A stretch of DNA of 64,000 nt from Halocafeteria seosinensis (Eukaryota). The notes beneath the pieces were generated by a model. That model searched no databases. It was not told the DNA's origin and saw nothing but the letters and a program-made list of their open reading frames with translations. Of the stretch, positions 13,453 to 26,044 are shown piece by piece; within the stretch, counting starts at the first letter, position 1, and each line of letters begins with the position of its first letter. The translations under genes and the position numbers were made by a program. The stretch lies in assembly GCA_001687465.1 (NCBI GenBank), contig LVLI01000350.1:1-64000 (forward strand), in the 5' to 3' direction.

Positions 13453-15003
13453 TCACTGAATGGGTGTGTGAACGGGCGACCTTGCCCTTGATGATGTTCG
13501 CTCCAGGTACGAAAGGTGATCCTTTACTGACTGTTCATCAGGAACGGGAGGATACTTGCTCTCGAAGTATCCTTTTTGCCACGGCGCATTTCCATCTTTC
13601 GAGGACGACTTTACGGTTAGCTCATCGTAGTACGTCGTATCTTCTAGCAACGCAACAGGCCTCAGCGGTATGGCCGAACGAAATGTCGAGTTTGTGAAAG
13701 GACGCGATCGGTGCAAATCGGCAGGACTTGTCGTACTTCTCTCCAGAGTGGAATCGTCAGTACGGCCTGTGTGTGGTGGTTTAGACTGACGGGTGATGCC
13801 TGAAATTGCGCTTTCACTTCGGTGCATAGAGAGGCCAATCTGCGACTGAGAGGTTGTCATCCGACCCTTACTGGATGTATGTAGTCTGCTCGAACTCTTT
13901 GAATGGCCCAAATGCCCCTCAAACTGGCCAGACCCCCCTACCGAAGTCTGCGAAATAGCAACTCTACCTCCCATTCTGTTCCCCCCAGAAGACTTGCGAG
14001 GATGTCTCAAACTTTCTAGTATTTCATCTTCTCTCTCTTCTGCTGGGCACGGCGCAGTGATTGAGCGAAGTGCGGATATCTCGACCCTTGGTTGAGGTGT
14101 CCCCTCTCGTGTACGAACATACTGTTCAAACGCGGTATCTAGCTTCGTATCACTCTGTGTTTGGGGCTTCGAGTCCGATAATTGGAAGCTCAAGTCTTCA
14201 GGTTGCAAGGCACTTTCAAATAGCTTCAACTCGTAGGCGTCATTCAAAGTCTTGGTCAATTTGGCTTTACTTGTAGCCGACCGCTGCTTGCGAAGTGAAG
14301 TCATACGAAGACTTTCTCGCTCAAAAGGGCCGACATATCCCTTCTGTCTCGATGCCAGCTTCTTTCTTGATCGCCGTGTTGAGTTCAGCGCATCCCGTGT
14401 CAGTTGAGTAGTATATGTGTCTTTTTCTTTCAAAGAAATTTGGGACTCAGATCTCCACATGCCCTTCCCTTCTAAGTTGGGGTTCACAGGCATCTCTTGA
14501 AGCCTCTTCAGAGGATTCTTCTGTAGGGACATGTGAAGTCAGGTTCATAGCGCTAGGATACGAAAATTTCACGTGTTTAAACACCCCAGAGAGATACTTA
14601 CAGAACTTGCATCTAGCTTAATACTTCTACCAAACACGTCTGTTGTTACTGGTCTACTCTTCGGAAGAACCTCTGTTCTATAGTTAAACGAATATTCCTT
14701 CGGGGCAAACTGAAGCAACAACAGAAGAAAAGACGATCCACATCATACCGCCTCTGGCTTAGCAGGCATCGTCGATTCGTCACTTACCTCTAGAATTCTA
14801 CTGCTGTAGCGTTCACATTTATGATTGGGATTCGTCTCTGGGTTCCATTCCGGAGTCTTCGAGGGGTTAAGTAACTCAGATTTCCTCCGTAATATATCCT
14901 CTTTGGCTTTCTTGGCCCAAGGAGGAATATCCTCTCGATGGAACGCTCGTTCATTTCTGTCATAGAATGGCCGTAAGTGGACACTTCCAACGCGATGCTG
15001 CAT
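13453..15003 (-). CDS. Hypothetical Ser/Arg-rich protein (about 3 exons)
   Basis: 359-aa terminal ORF plus upstream exons bounded by GT-AG (MQHRVGSVHLRPFYD..., FAPKEYSFNYR...); no family recognised. Confidence 0.6.
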
Positions 15004-15652
15004 GGTAGTGCATACAAAGATGAAAGAGCGGTGAGTTGGTCTTTGGCATCTTATCGACTTTGTCTTTTCCAAACACAAGATACTACCCTTTAAAGAGGCA
15101 CAACTAAGGGGCTACGCATCAAAGTAAACAACGATGAAGTGCTGCGCGTACCTGAGCTCGCAAGAAGTCACTATGGGTCTGATTCTTTCCCTCCATAGCA
15201 ATTGAACCAGACCAAGTGTTCACTCGGGTGATTTCATTCCAAACTGTTGTCTATGAAAGGAGCATTGAAAATTCACTGTGGGACACGTATTGCTACGGAA
15301 TGAGAGGTAATTACCGCTTATTGCGCGCGTTATTTTCTGTACAGCCGCTACTCCCCTATTAGACGCCGGAAGTCTCCCTAAAAGGATGCTACCCACTTAA
15401 CACATGCATACCGTACAAATACGCTACAGGGAGCTACTGTTTGCCACCAATATAGGCATCAACAACGCAAACGGAGGTTGTTAACAGTAACTTCAAGTTC
15501 ACAAGTACGCCTGCGAATTCCAATGCGAACGAAGGTACAGGAGCAAATGAGCGCAAGTAAGTCATCTACTACAATGTTACAGATGTCATATGTGTGTATT
15601 TAGAGGTGATGTTCGAGGCGCTGTAGAAAGATATGGATGAGATAGAAGCTAT

Positions 15653-16800
15653 TTAGAAGTTCATCTCATGAGGCTTATCGTTCTTTCGAAGACTGAACAC
15701 ACTCGCCAAGTAACTCTTAGTCATGTCATCGAGATTTCCCAATAACTTCGAGTCCACTTCGTCTTGCAGTTTCTTACGCTTGTCGTCGATCTTAGGTTTC
15801 TCACCAACTTGGTTTAAGAAGAATTGCTCTTCACTCTGCTTCTCGTGTCTCTTCTTGGGGGCGTTGAAAAGTGCGTCGTTTACTTCGTTCGGTACCTGCA
15901 CTCCCTTCAAGTCTACCTTTGTGGAAGTGCCAATAACGTAAGCTTGGTTAATGCGGCGTAACGGACAGCCGTTCAGCTTAAAAGGTCCTGCATCGTTAAG
16001 AAAACAAGAACACGCGGGTGAGTGTTCACAAAAAAATCTTCACGGAGCCAGGTGACAGGGCTCGTGCCTCCCATTTCCCTCAGCTCTCATAATCTACTAC
16101 GCTCACGAGAAATGGAAGAGAGGCCGCAGCGACCAGCTACACATGTAAAACATGTTTCACTCAATCACTCGACAGGTCAACTTTCCTGGAAAACCAGGTA
16201 TAGAGACCATGTCGCTCTCCCTTGGCATCTTCACGGAAAACTTATTCTTCCTAGGGAAACACTAAGGCCATTGGGAGCAGCCAATTGCAAGATTTCTATT
16301 TGAAAAAACCTACCTGTTACTAAGAGCAATCCAGAATCCAGCTGTTTCAAGAAGACTACACGGCGTCCACGGAAACGACCGGCCAGGACAATTAGCACAG
16401 AGCCAGGCGTAATGGTGCTGCGCAGTTTTGTCTTCTTAGGGGTGAAGTTGCGGTTGAGAGGCTTGGGTTCGTCATCAGCAGGGTAAAATCTGCAATGTAC
16501 AATATAGGAAATGACAATACAATGTCATGCACACCCGTCATCCTCTCGAGTCAGCCCTTGGTTCAAGCAAGCTCTCGTAAGCAAGCCAGCCAATCAAAAG
16601 ACCCACAACAGAGGGGTACAGAGAGAGAAGAGGAGCATCACATACCTGCTTCTGATGGCGGTTGTCTTCTTCTCCTGCTTGGGATGAGTCTTCTTCGTAT
16701 GTAGGAACCTCCCAGTCTTCTTAAACATGCGCCCTTTGGGGATGGCATTGATCCCACGGACCAATTCGCGGTTACGAGATGTTCCTTTGGCGGGAGGCAT
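15653..16800 (-). CDS. RPL6: 60S ribosomal protein eL6 (3 exons; introns 16490-16645 and 15988-16313)
   Basis: Spliced [81 protein letters not shown]. Confidence 0.97.
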
Positions 16801-17393
16801 TTTGTCCTTCTATCTGTGGTGATATACACAAAATACACGAATTAGAGCTGTATTGTGGCAGCAATGTCAATGGAGCGCTCCTGGGAAACAACAAAAAGGG
16901 TCGAGGGAGCCAACCCCAGGGATAGCAAGGGGGCCGCAACGACAGGGGGCAACCGGGGCCAGAGACCCCGCTACGTCAAGTGGGTCAGTGAGAGTTTAGG
17001 TCCCTCAAAATGACGTTTAAAGCTTACCTTTCCAATCGGAATACACACAAAGAGAAACTAAAGTGTCCTCTCTTCACCACTCTATATCGAAATATAGATT
17101 ATCACGCTGGTGAGGTTCGATAAAGGGTTATCAAACAGCGCCTCTCGGTAGGGTATCCGAGGGAGGAAGCCCGACCAGACACGACAAACTTTTCTGCTAC
17201 TGTTCACTGCCACCAAACTTCAACTTCAACCTGAGGCGGGGAGGTATGTTCACGTCGTTCCTATGACATGGATGCGTTGATGATGGAGGCGTCTGTTCAA
17301 TCTATAGAGACATTTGATGAGAATATTCCTAGAGCGACTTTTGGATAGGACATGGTGTAGAGTGAATTGGAGATATCAACCGTTTGGTTGCTG

Positions 17394-18966
17394 ATGGCCA
17401 TGCGACCACTGCGCCGGTTTGGCAACAAGCACCTGTATAGTAGGGTGATTTCAGCAAGTTGTACCCTCTTCTCTGGACAGATCTACCGCTCTCTTAGCTG
17501 GGCTGTAGACTCCCGACGCCAGTATTCGACCTACTTCAGTGGATCGTCTGTTCAGAAAACAACAGATGGGGCCAGCACTCCCAACACACAGGTTGGGTCG
17601 CCAACGGAGTCGTGTATCTATGATACAGTGGGGTCTCATTTTGTGATTGCTTTGAGTCCCCGAATACATCCTACTGACTTATATATTTACTCGCTTGCAT
17701 CAAATTGTGCTGTGACTGATCTAAAGGAGCAAATTCAGAACTCTGCATATCCCGGAAAACACCTGGAAATCTTGGATTCCCGTGGTAGTCCATATGCCAC
17801 ATTCGTCAAACTGAGGACACTTGTGGATGCCGAATGGCAGCTACAAATCGAAGATGAACTATTCCGATCGTTTAGAAGCTCAAAAGACTGTAAGTTGAAA
17901 CATAGGAGGAAAGAAGTACTCTACTTCCAATCACTTGTCTACGTCGCAGCGATTGTGCAACACTACGAATTGAAGCCCTCGCAAACCACATTGTTATCCC
18001 ACTTTGCTCAGTTGATAGGAAAACTTGAAAATGAGGGACGCTCGGAAATACAAGATGAGCAGTATATCGTTGAAAAGAATCAGACAATACCAATGACATG
18101 TCATTACCACGGTTCACAGGCGGAAAACAATTGGAACGAATTGGCTCTAAGTCTCCTTGAAAACGAGAAGAAAATATGCCGCGCAGTTTCAAACAGAACA
18201 TTCTGTAATGCTCTCGTAACCAGTGAAGAGCTCTACGATATCATTGATCCTCATAATAGTTCTTTAGTAAAAAGACTTCAAGAACTGGAAGAGGAACTGA
18301 AGGGAATCGAAGACGAAATACGGGAGAGGATTGCAGTTTCACGTCAAGTATCGGAGAAAGCACAGAAGCAGCTACAACTGGCATCCTATGGATTAGGGAG
18401 TTTTATGGTTGGGCAGGTATGTTACGGTTCAATTTATTGGTGAATGAAGTGTAATCTAGGGGTAGGGTAGTGTGTTGCCTTGTCGTGCAGTGGATTTTCA
18501 TTTTCAACACTGTTTTTTACCAAGTAAGTACCATTGGAATTCCAATGATATGGAGAATTGAAAGGCTAGGATGGCTTTGCTTATGCAGACTTCTTGGGAT
18601 TTTATGGAGCCCATATGCTACTTCATTGGAGCAACCTACGCTATCGTCGGTTACTCTTTTTATATGGCTACGAAAAAGGAACCGGAAAATTCTAAGGTGT
18701 GGACTCAGCTTCTTACTGCAAGAAGAGAAAAGGTCTATAGAAAACTTTTCAGTGATTCTACGTAAGTGATACGCTTTTGTTCTCTTTTTGACATAATTTC
18801 TCTCCCGTACTTTGGAAGATGATGCAACCACAGGAAGAGTCTGGGCTCATTTGAGGAGGAGACCGAGGACCTTCGCAACAAAGCAGAATCGCTCAAATTG
18901 AGAATGCGTCTATTAGACTTTAGGCTTTATGGAAGTAATTACTATAAAACGAACTTGGCAACTTAG
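17394..18966 (+). CDS. MCU: Mitochondrial calcium uniporter pore subunit (4 exons)
   Basis: Presequence-like N-terminus, coiled coil, TM1 completed by a 33-nt exon (18491-18523), then selectivity filter SWDFMEPICYF (WDxxEP) and TM2. Confidence 0.88.
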
Positions 18967-19240
18967 CTTCAATCACCTCCTCGGCTTGCTCGTCATCGTG
19001 TGTCAACCGTGATGCCCACCGGGAAACCATCAGTAGTTCGGGTGGTTCCCTTCTGTTACGAAGTTCCTTAGCACAGTGTTGCACTGTTATCACTGCTAAC
19101 TTAGCAGGCTTACTCATGGTCTGCATGGTAGACCATTGATAGTATTATTCCCTGGCGGAAATCCCTGTTAGTGGTTTCAATGTACTTCTTCGGTATGCGA
19201 CGTTGTTGACTGGGAACCAATCCCAGAATGGTTTCCATAT
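18920..19240 (-). CDS. Possible small hypothetical protein (2 exons)
   Basis: METILGLVPSQQRR..ADHE splices in frame (GTAAGC..TAACAG) to REPPELLMVSRW..FHKA*; no homology recognised. Confidence 0.25.
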
Positions 19241-19516
19241 GATTCTTTAACCCGGTGCTGAAATCTAATTTGCATTATCCAAAGTTTGAATTGACACTTT
19301 CTACGCAGCCGTTATGAATACTGTTGTGATGCTCAGAAGTTGAGTAGATTCACAATCATATGTTTTGATGGCGCTATTGTTTCCATTCAGAACCATATCA
19401 AGACCAATACGGAACGATATACCACATGCTCCTTCGTAACTTTGGAGAATACACGCGAGACTATGAATTAGTGTCGCATTTGTCGTCACTTTGAAGTATT
19501 GTGTCCGTTTGCAACT

Positions 19517-21727
19517 ATGAACAAAGAAAGTATTGAATTCAAGCGTCTACGCACAGATGGCGCTCCTCCCTCCGCACGTTATGACCACACGATGACCCAA
19601 ATGGGTCCCTATTTCTTTGTATTCGGCGGTCAGTGTGGTGGCTTCAAGTCCAACGAACTATGGGCGCTCGACACCGTTGCATGTCGTTGGAGAACGGTCA
19701 CCACAAATGGAGATATCCCTGAGCCAAGAGCAGGTATGTGTACAACTTGGCATGTCCTATTGCCCAGAACGCTTAGAGCGAAGCTTCCTGATCATTCAGG
19801 ACACACTGCTTGGTGCTACAATAACTGGCTGTACATTCACGGAGGGGAGGTATCGAAAACGCGGAATGTCAAGATCGACAAAGAATCAACTTCCACTTCG
19901 CGCCCACCAACTGAGAGTTACGAGACAGGGACGTTGATAACTGAGATCTCACGTTTACCCTCAAAGGTAAACGGAAGAAGACTTTCCCTTGGAAAGGCGC
20001 ATGAGACTCTGGCTTCCACTGTGGTTGATGATTGCTTTGTGCTCAACCTAGGTAAGGCGTACGAGATGAAAGTATCAGCGTGAATTACCTGATCCGCACT
20101 GTTCCGTGTCAGATACTTTTGCATGGAAGCGCATCAACCATGCTCTCCCACCTCTGGCGCGCAAGTACCACTCCACTCAAGTAGTTTACGTCCGAAAGGG
20201 TTGCTTTTCTGACGACAGTATGTTTTCGCAAGAAGAGCTCGTTCCGTGCGTGGTAATGTTTGGTGGAAAAGTTGATACCAGGAAGGAAGTCACAGGGGAA
20301 ACCTATCTCTACGTTCTACCCGATGGTAAGGACATATCGCCAGCAAAACTTCCAGCGTGACTCATCGCACGTACTACTAAATGCAGACGTAGCGGAGTCT
20401 CTCGATACGCGATGGATAGCCTTGACAAATAAGGGCAACGTCCCATGTGCCCGATATCGGCATGCTGTTGCAGGGATAAGTGATACTGCAAGTCTTCTAG
20501 CTTCGGATGTAACCGGGAAACGCACAGTAGGCTCTTCTCAGATGCTTCTCTTTGGAGGAGCAAAGGACTCGACACACTTCCTTAATGACTTGTACGCATT
20601 TGACGGGAAGTCGGCCTCTTGGCGGATGCTTAGTCCTTCAGGAAGACCTCCAGACCCCCGCATGGGTCACGAGATGAGCGTAGTTCACCATGGTGAAACG
20701 AATGCCACCGTAAGTCGTCTGAAGGAGGTTACCACTAACATAGCAACCCGACAGTTACTATTTGATTCCTTTACAGACCTTGGTTGTATTCGGTGGTACT
20801 TGCTATGATGAATCCCGAAACGCTTACCTCTATCCAAAAGGGTTTCACCTTCTGAATTTACGTACGGTACACGTTGGGATCATAACACGTTTGCAGAAAA
20901 GTAAATGTCTCATTGTATATTGTACAGGAACAATGGAATGGTCGGAACCGGAGTTAACTCATATGTATCCCGTGCCTCGAGCATTCTTTGCTATGCACAC
21001 TATGTATGACGAAGTAGCTCTAGAGGCTCTAAGAACAGAAAACGACGACTTGGATAGTAAACAGTTTCCACATATTCGTAAAAATACTATTCAGTCCGCG
21101 GCAGACCATGTAGACTCTCTACTACCTTTGGCGAAGAGCGGAAAGGGGAAAACGGTAAGTCCACAGTTTCCAACGGTGGATCCGATATTCCTGGGAAACA
21201 CCAGTGACTCGACCCTACTGATATTCGGTGGAATAAATAGCGTACATTGCGATAATACTTCCTGGGTTGGCTGCTTTGATCCACGAGATGTCATCGAGTC
21301 GTCATCATTCAATGCCTCAACTGTTACATTGAGCTCCCAAGGTGGTTTCATGGACTTCCAGAAAGAAAAAGTAAAGCTTTCTGCGCGTATTGATATGTGG
21401 CAGCGGAGAGCACTCGGAGCCGAAGAGGAAAGCGAAAAGCTTCGTAGAACCGTCGCACAGCAAAGGCAAAAGATCGAAGAGCTGCAAGCCTTACATGATA
21501 ATGCAAATTTCGAGAAAGAGTCTGCTCATCGCGAGAAGGTCAAGAGGTTGGAGGAACAATTGCGAGAGTGTCAACGCGAACTGGCGAAGACAATTCACAT
21601 TGCTTCACTCAATGAGGCCCTTGAGAATGCTTGCATCGACCACGTCAAAGATACGTGCATAAGCAAATCTCTAGAGGCTTCTATACAAGAAGGGACCTCT
21701 CTCGGGGCGTTCAAATACCCACGTTAA
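19517..21727 (+). CDS. Kelch-repeat beta-propeller protein with C-terminal coiled coil (multi-exon)
   Basis: Repeated P-x-[AP]R-x-x-H..[VL]FGG..N[DE]L[WY] units (PSARYDH, PEPRAGH, PCARYRH, PDPRMGH, PVPRAFF) and a heptad-rich tail. Confidence 0.85.
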
Positions 21728-21738
21728 GGTAATTCTCG

Positions 21739-24155
21739 TTAGTCGTTCGCGGGCAGCTTGGTGGATTCGTTCGGTTCGAATGTTGTTGCACTAGAATTGA
21801 AACTCTTGCTTGCAAGCAATCTCCTCCGCGCAGCGACGAACTGTAGCTGATGAGCCCAGTCCCATGGTGGTGTTGATACTGTGAATCCTTCCTGAGATTG
21901 CTCTTTCTGTGGGGACATCTGCGTCCCGGACTGCTGTAGTTGCGCTCTCAACATGAAGTTATGTACTAATTTCTTCGACCCCTCGGACGAATCGGATTCA
22001 GAGTTGTACAGATCGAGTACGTTTCCGAAAAACATCTTGATCTTTTCGGTGTAGTTTGTCTTTTCAGGGGGGATTATACCTTTGCTGCGTGACATATATA
22101 CTAAAGCTATCCTTGATAGAGCATCCAAGAATTGATACCTATCCAGAGAGTACTTCCCGTTAGGATCCGCGTCATCTGGTACCACTAGCGGTCTGGACAA
22201 TATCTTCGCGGGGATAATCTTTTTCAGACTTGTCTCCGAGAGAGGAAGCGCAAGAGAATTGTTCTGCATGTACAATTCTCCGGGTGCTAAAGCTAGCAAT
22301 GAACGGTGTGCCTTGTGTAAAGTTCGGATTTGGTGTCTCCTGACGTTGTTCGACCGTTCAGCGTATTGGGGCCCACTGAGCAAGTGGTCAACTGTTCTAT
22401 AGTTTTGCTTTGTGTTTTCCACCAATACGGGAAGGTCTCCTGAGGTTACGCAGCAAAGGATTGCCGTGACTTCCCTGTGAGAGCATTTTGTTGGGTGAAC
22501 CACGTTGAAATCTTCGAGAAATCGCCTGAAATCGTTTTCGGAAATCCTGCTGTCTTCGGGTGGGAGTTTATTCAATGTCGATTTAATAGCAACAAGGTCA
22601 GCTTTTGTTGGTTCAGTACGAGCGTTATCAATAAGTGTGATCTTTTTCTCTTTGGTAAAGTAGAGGACTTTCTTCGTTGACTCAGTCTCTAGTCTCCGAC
22701 TTCTTCTTGCACTAGTATTCTTAGAACCTTTTGAAAAGAAGCGGATCCCGGAGTAGTGCATAAACAAAGAATACAAGGGCACCAAAGTCAGGTAGTGGCC
22801 ACCAAGTGCTGACACCCTTATCGGCCGGTTGGCTAGGAGAGGCCATGTGCTTTGAACAACCTCGAATTCCCCGACATGTGCAGTTGGTGATACATGAAGC
22901 GCTATCAGTCGACTAACATCTGGATGGGAATCTCTCGGCGTGGCTGTCTCCGAGGCTAGTGTTCGACTGGTTGGAAGCATGGACAACCGGCGTTCCGCTT
23001 TTACCGTAGGAATTGCAAGTTTAGTTTGCGTATTCCAAATATCCTTGGCGGCTTCTTGAACCAGTGTCAACAGTTCCTCGAGCGCTTCCTGTATCTCCAC
23101 ACACGCTTCCTTGGGGACTTCTCGGACAGACACTGTCTCACTTGGACTATTTAATCCTTCGACAAAGACTCTCATGTCTTCCAGAATCACAACTGCGGCA
23201 TGTTGATACGTTGCTGTCCATTTCCTCGAGTTGATCGAGTTCGATGCTTTAGTGTACATGTCTCGAGCATGATCTAATTGCCGTTGTAGATGCCTTGGTT
23301 CCTGGAGCACAAGCCCCACTAGCTGTAATTTTAGTGTTGCTAAAGTCAGATCTGCAAGGTTAGTGCATCGACAAAGAGCCGAGAGCAGGTTTCCTTGAGT
23401 TCTCAGACTACGTACAATGGTGCTGGCCGAATAGGCGGACGGCAAGCTGATAAGCAGCAGTTCCATCCTTGAGAAGTGGCATAGCACAAGCTTCCTTTAA
23501 ACTCGAAACTATGTCAGCAAATTTAGGACTAGCTAGAATAGGAGTTGTCTTAATGAGTTGATAGACCGTATACCAACCGTAGGCGCGACTGTAGTGCAAG
23601 TCACCGAAAAAGTATCCCCATAAAAAACATTATCATTTGTGTAAGCCTGTACCTTTTTCTCATGTAGAATAGCGTTTGATCAGAGGGGACTTTTGATTCA
23701 GTTGGCTGAAGTCGGTTCTCTGGTCTTGCACAGGTTTCTGGTCCCTCAGAGGTGGACGGCGGTAAGGGGTGGCCACCAGTGGAAGCCATGGCGCGTGCAG
23801 ACGTTTCTAGCGTGCAGGCGCTCAAAATATCTTCCAACGCTCTCTTTACTTGTCTAATTACTCTTGGGATTCGTTGGCCCTCCATTACTGTTCCAGGAAG
23901 CATCACAGCTCCATAAAAGTGCTTCGGAGCACGTCCATCGGGACCAAAGAGCTGTTTCCACGGCTCCTCCCACTCTTCTTCACGGAGGGATTGTTTCGTT
24001 TCATGCTCTTCTTCATCACATGTCTTGCAATGTGCCGGAGATGAAGGCTGATATTTGTCTCTTGTGCTGTTAGCAAGTCTTTGCTCCGCCGTTTTTCGCC
24101 ATTCCCTGGCAGCCTCCACTGTATCACTCAGTGAGTTGATGCGTCCCACTTGCAT
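21739..24155 (-). CDS. Large hypothetical protein (multi-exon; 5' end may extend to ~24400)
   Basis: Consecutive 184-aa and 582-aa minus-strand ORFs separated by intron-sized gaps; no family recognised. Confidence 0.6.
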
Positions 24156-25088
24156 ATTGATTGGTTTCTCGGCACTCTATTTGTTACCCATTGAAACTAC
24201 ATGTACACAACACTTTGTAGCCCGTTGCTACTCCGATTGCGCCGAAACGAAGCGGGTGAATTGGGGGTGTGGGGCTCTGTGTTTGTGTCCGGACTCCGGA
24301 CCTCCATTCTGTCGGGGTGGGGAACCCCCTACGTTCCGACTTCTTCCGACCGTGTCGAGAACCACAATTGCTCGTTTCCACAGACTGAACACACCAAAAC
24401 AGCGACAACGTGACAAGAAGAACGATGCAGGATGATATGTTTCGAGGAAGACTGCCTCTGGGCCCACGGCACGCCGAGAAAGGGTCCGACCTGATGGGGT
24501 CGGAAACTCGTACGTTTTGTATCAAATCTTTAGAAAGTTTAGCAAAATGGACCACGACTACTTTCATGCAACGTGAAGACAGATAAACCTACTGTAACAA
24601 CCATCACTATTGGTGAACAGCCTCGTAGGGTGCCCGTATCTCTAGTTTCGTCTGACCGACAGTGCTGTATCCATTATCCATGCCAGATATCATGGCACTA
24701 CAGTATGTTTTAACAAATGACAATCATTTCGTGCTCAGTAGTCAGGCCATAAATTGCCAACTATCAACCTACACCCGTACGTACGCGAGGCACGAAGAGA
24801 ACTTTTATTCCCTCTGTGGGTTTTAGAGAACTTTCTATGTTACTGGCAAAACATTTAAAGAAAGGGAATCGCAAGGATGTGGTAGCGCAGCTACCATACA
24901 ACAGAAAGCGAGCTTAGGTACGCGGGCTGCTTCTAGTACTCGTGACGCCGCAAGTCAACCCGACGGAATGTTTGTCGCCTCCTCGGCTCCCTGGCTTGAT
25001 GAGGTGTATGTGCTGCATACTCATGGCTACTCGGCGTTTTGGCTGATTATAGGTGTGTACTTCCTAGGAAACGAAATATAGAAGCAAA

Positions 25089-25974
25089 ATGTCGTCGTCG
25101 CAAGGTGGTAGAACCGTCACATATGTGTATTATTTCATCCCGGGAGACGGGGACACAGAAGAACATCCTAATGTGTTCCCCATTCCCAAGGCTTTAAAGT
25201 CTATTACAGTGCAGGATATACGTCAAGTAAGTGTTTGCGGTTGTCTCTTCTTTCAATAGACTTGGATATTTGCTTCATGGCTCTTGGTCTCCTCACAGCA
25301 CTTTCCACTTCCTGGCTCATACTTCTTCCGGTTTAAACAAGAGCATGGCAAAGGTCATGGTACGTGATTCACTCTCATATATTCTTTATTTTGGATGATT
25401 CATCATATTCGAATGGATAGCAGTGTGGTTGGACAATCAGGATCCTTCGGAAAGGGCTCCTATATACAGTGGAAGAATCTTTTGCAAGGTAGCACGGTTA
25501 AGTTTTGAAGATGCACGGATGGATAGTGCTAATCTGAATGAAGCATCTACGCCTATAGAGAGCACTCCAACGCCATCCCCAGTTTCTGCTGGAGCTGATA
25601 GAAACAACGCTTCACAAAGTCTCGCCACCGGCGAAAAAAGCCAATCTAGCGGCGGCCAGGCGAACCAGTCGCGTCCGTCAAAGCAAGAAGAGCATGGTGG
25701 AGACCTGTTAGGTATGGGCGGATCATCCAATGCCGCTGCAAATGGCAAGCAAAACACAGCCAAACAGCAACGTCAGGATGTTGATGATTTGGTAGATATC
25801 GACACGAAGAGGACTGCGAGTAGAGGTGGGACGACGAGCGGTATGGCCGAGTTTGAAGGCTTAGACTTTGGGGAGAAGACATCCCCAAATCGCAACCAAG
25901 GGTATAAAGGGAAGTCGAATCCGGCCAAGACAAAAGGGGAAGATCTGGAAGAAAACATATTCGGTTGGGTGTAA
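25089..25974 (+). CDS. DIX-domain protein with disordered acidic tail (3 exons)
   Basis: Spliced TYVYYFIPGDGDTEEHPNVFPIPK..ITVQDIRQHFPLPGSYFFRFK..VWLD..APIYSGRIFCKV follows the DIX pattern; first two exons are absent from the ORF track. Confidence 0.8.
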
Positions 25975-26044
25975 TTATTTTTTCCTGCTATTCCGTATTT
26001 TTTGGAACTCGGTACTCTATGTCGACGACAACTATTTGGCCATA

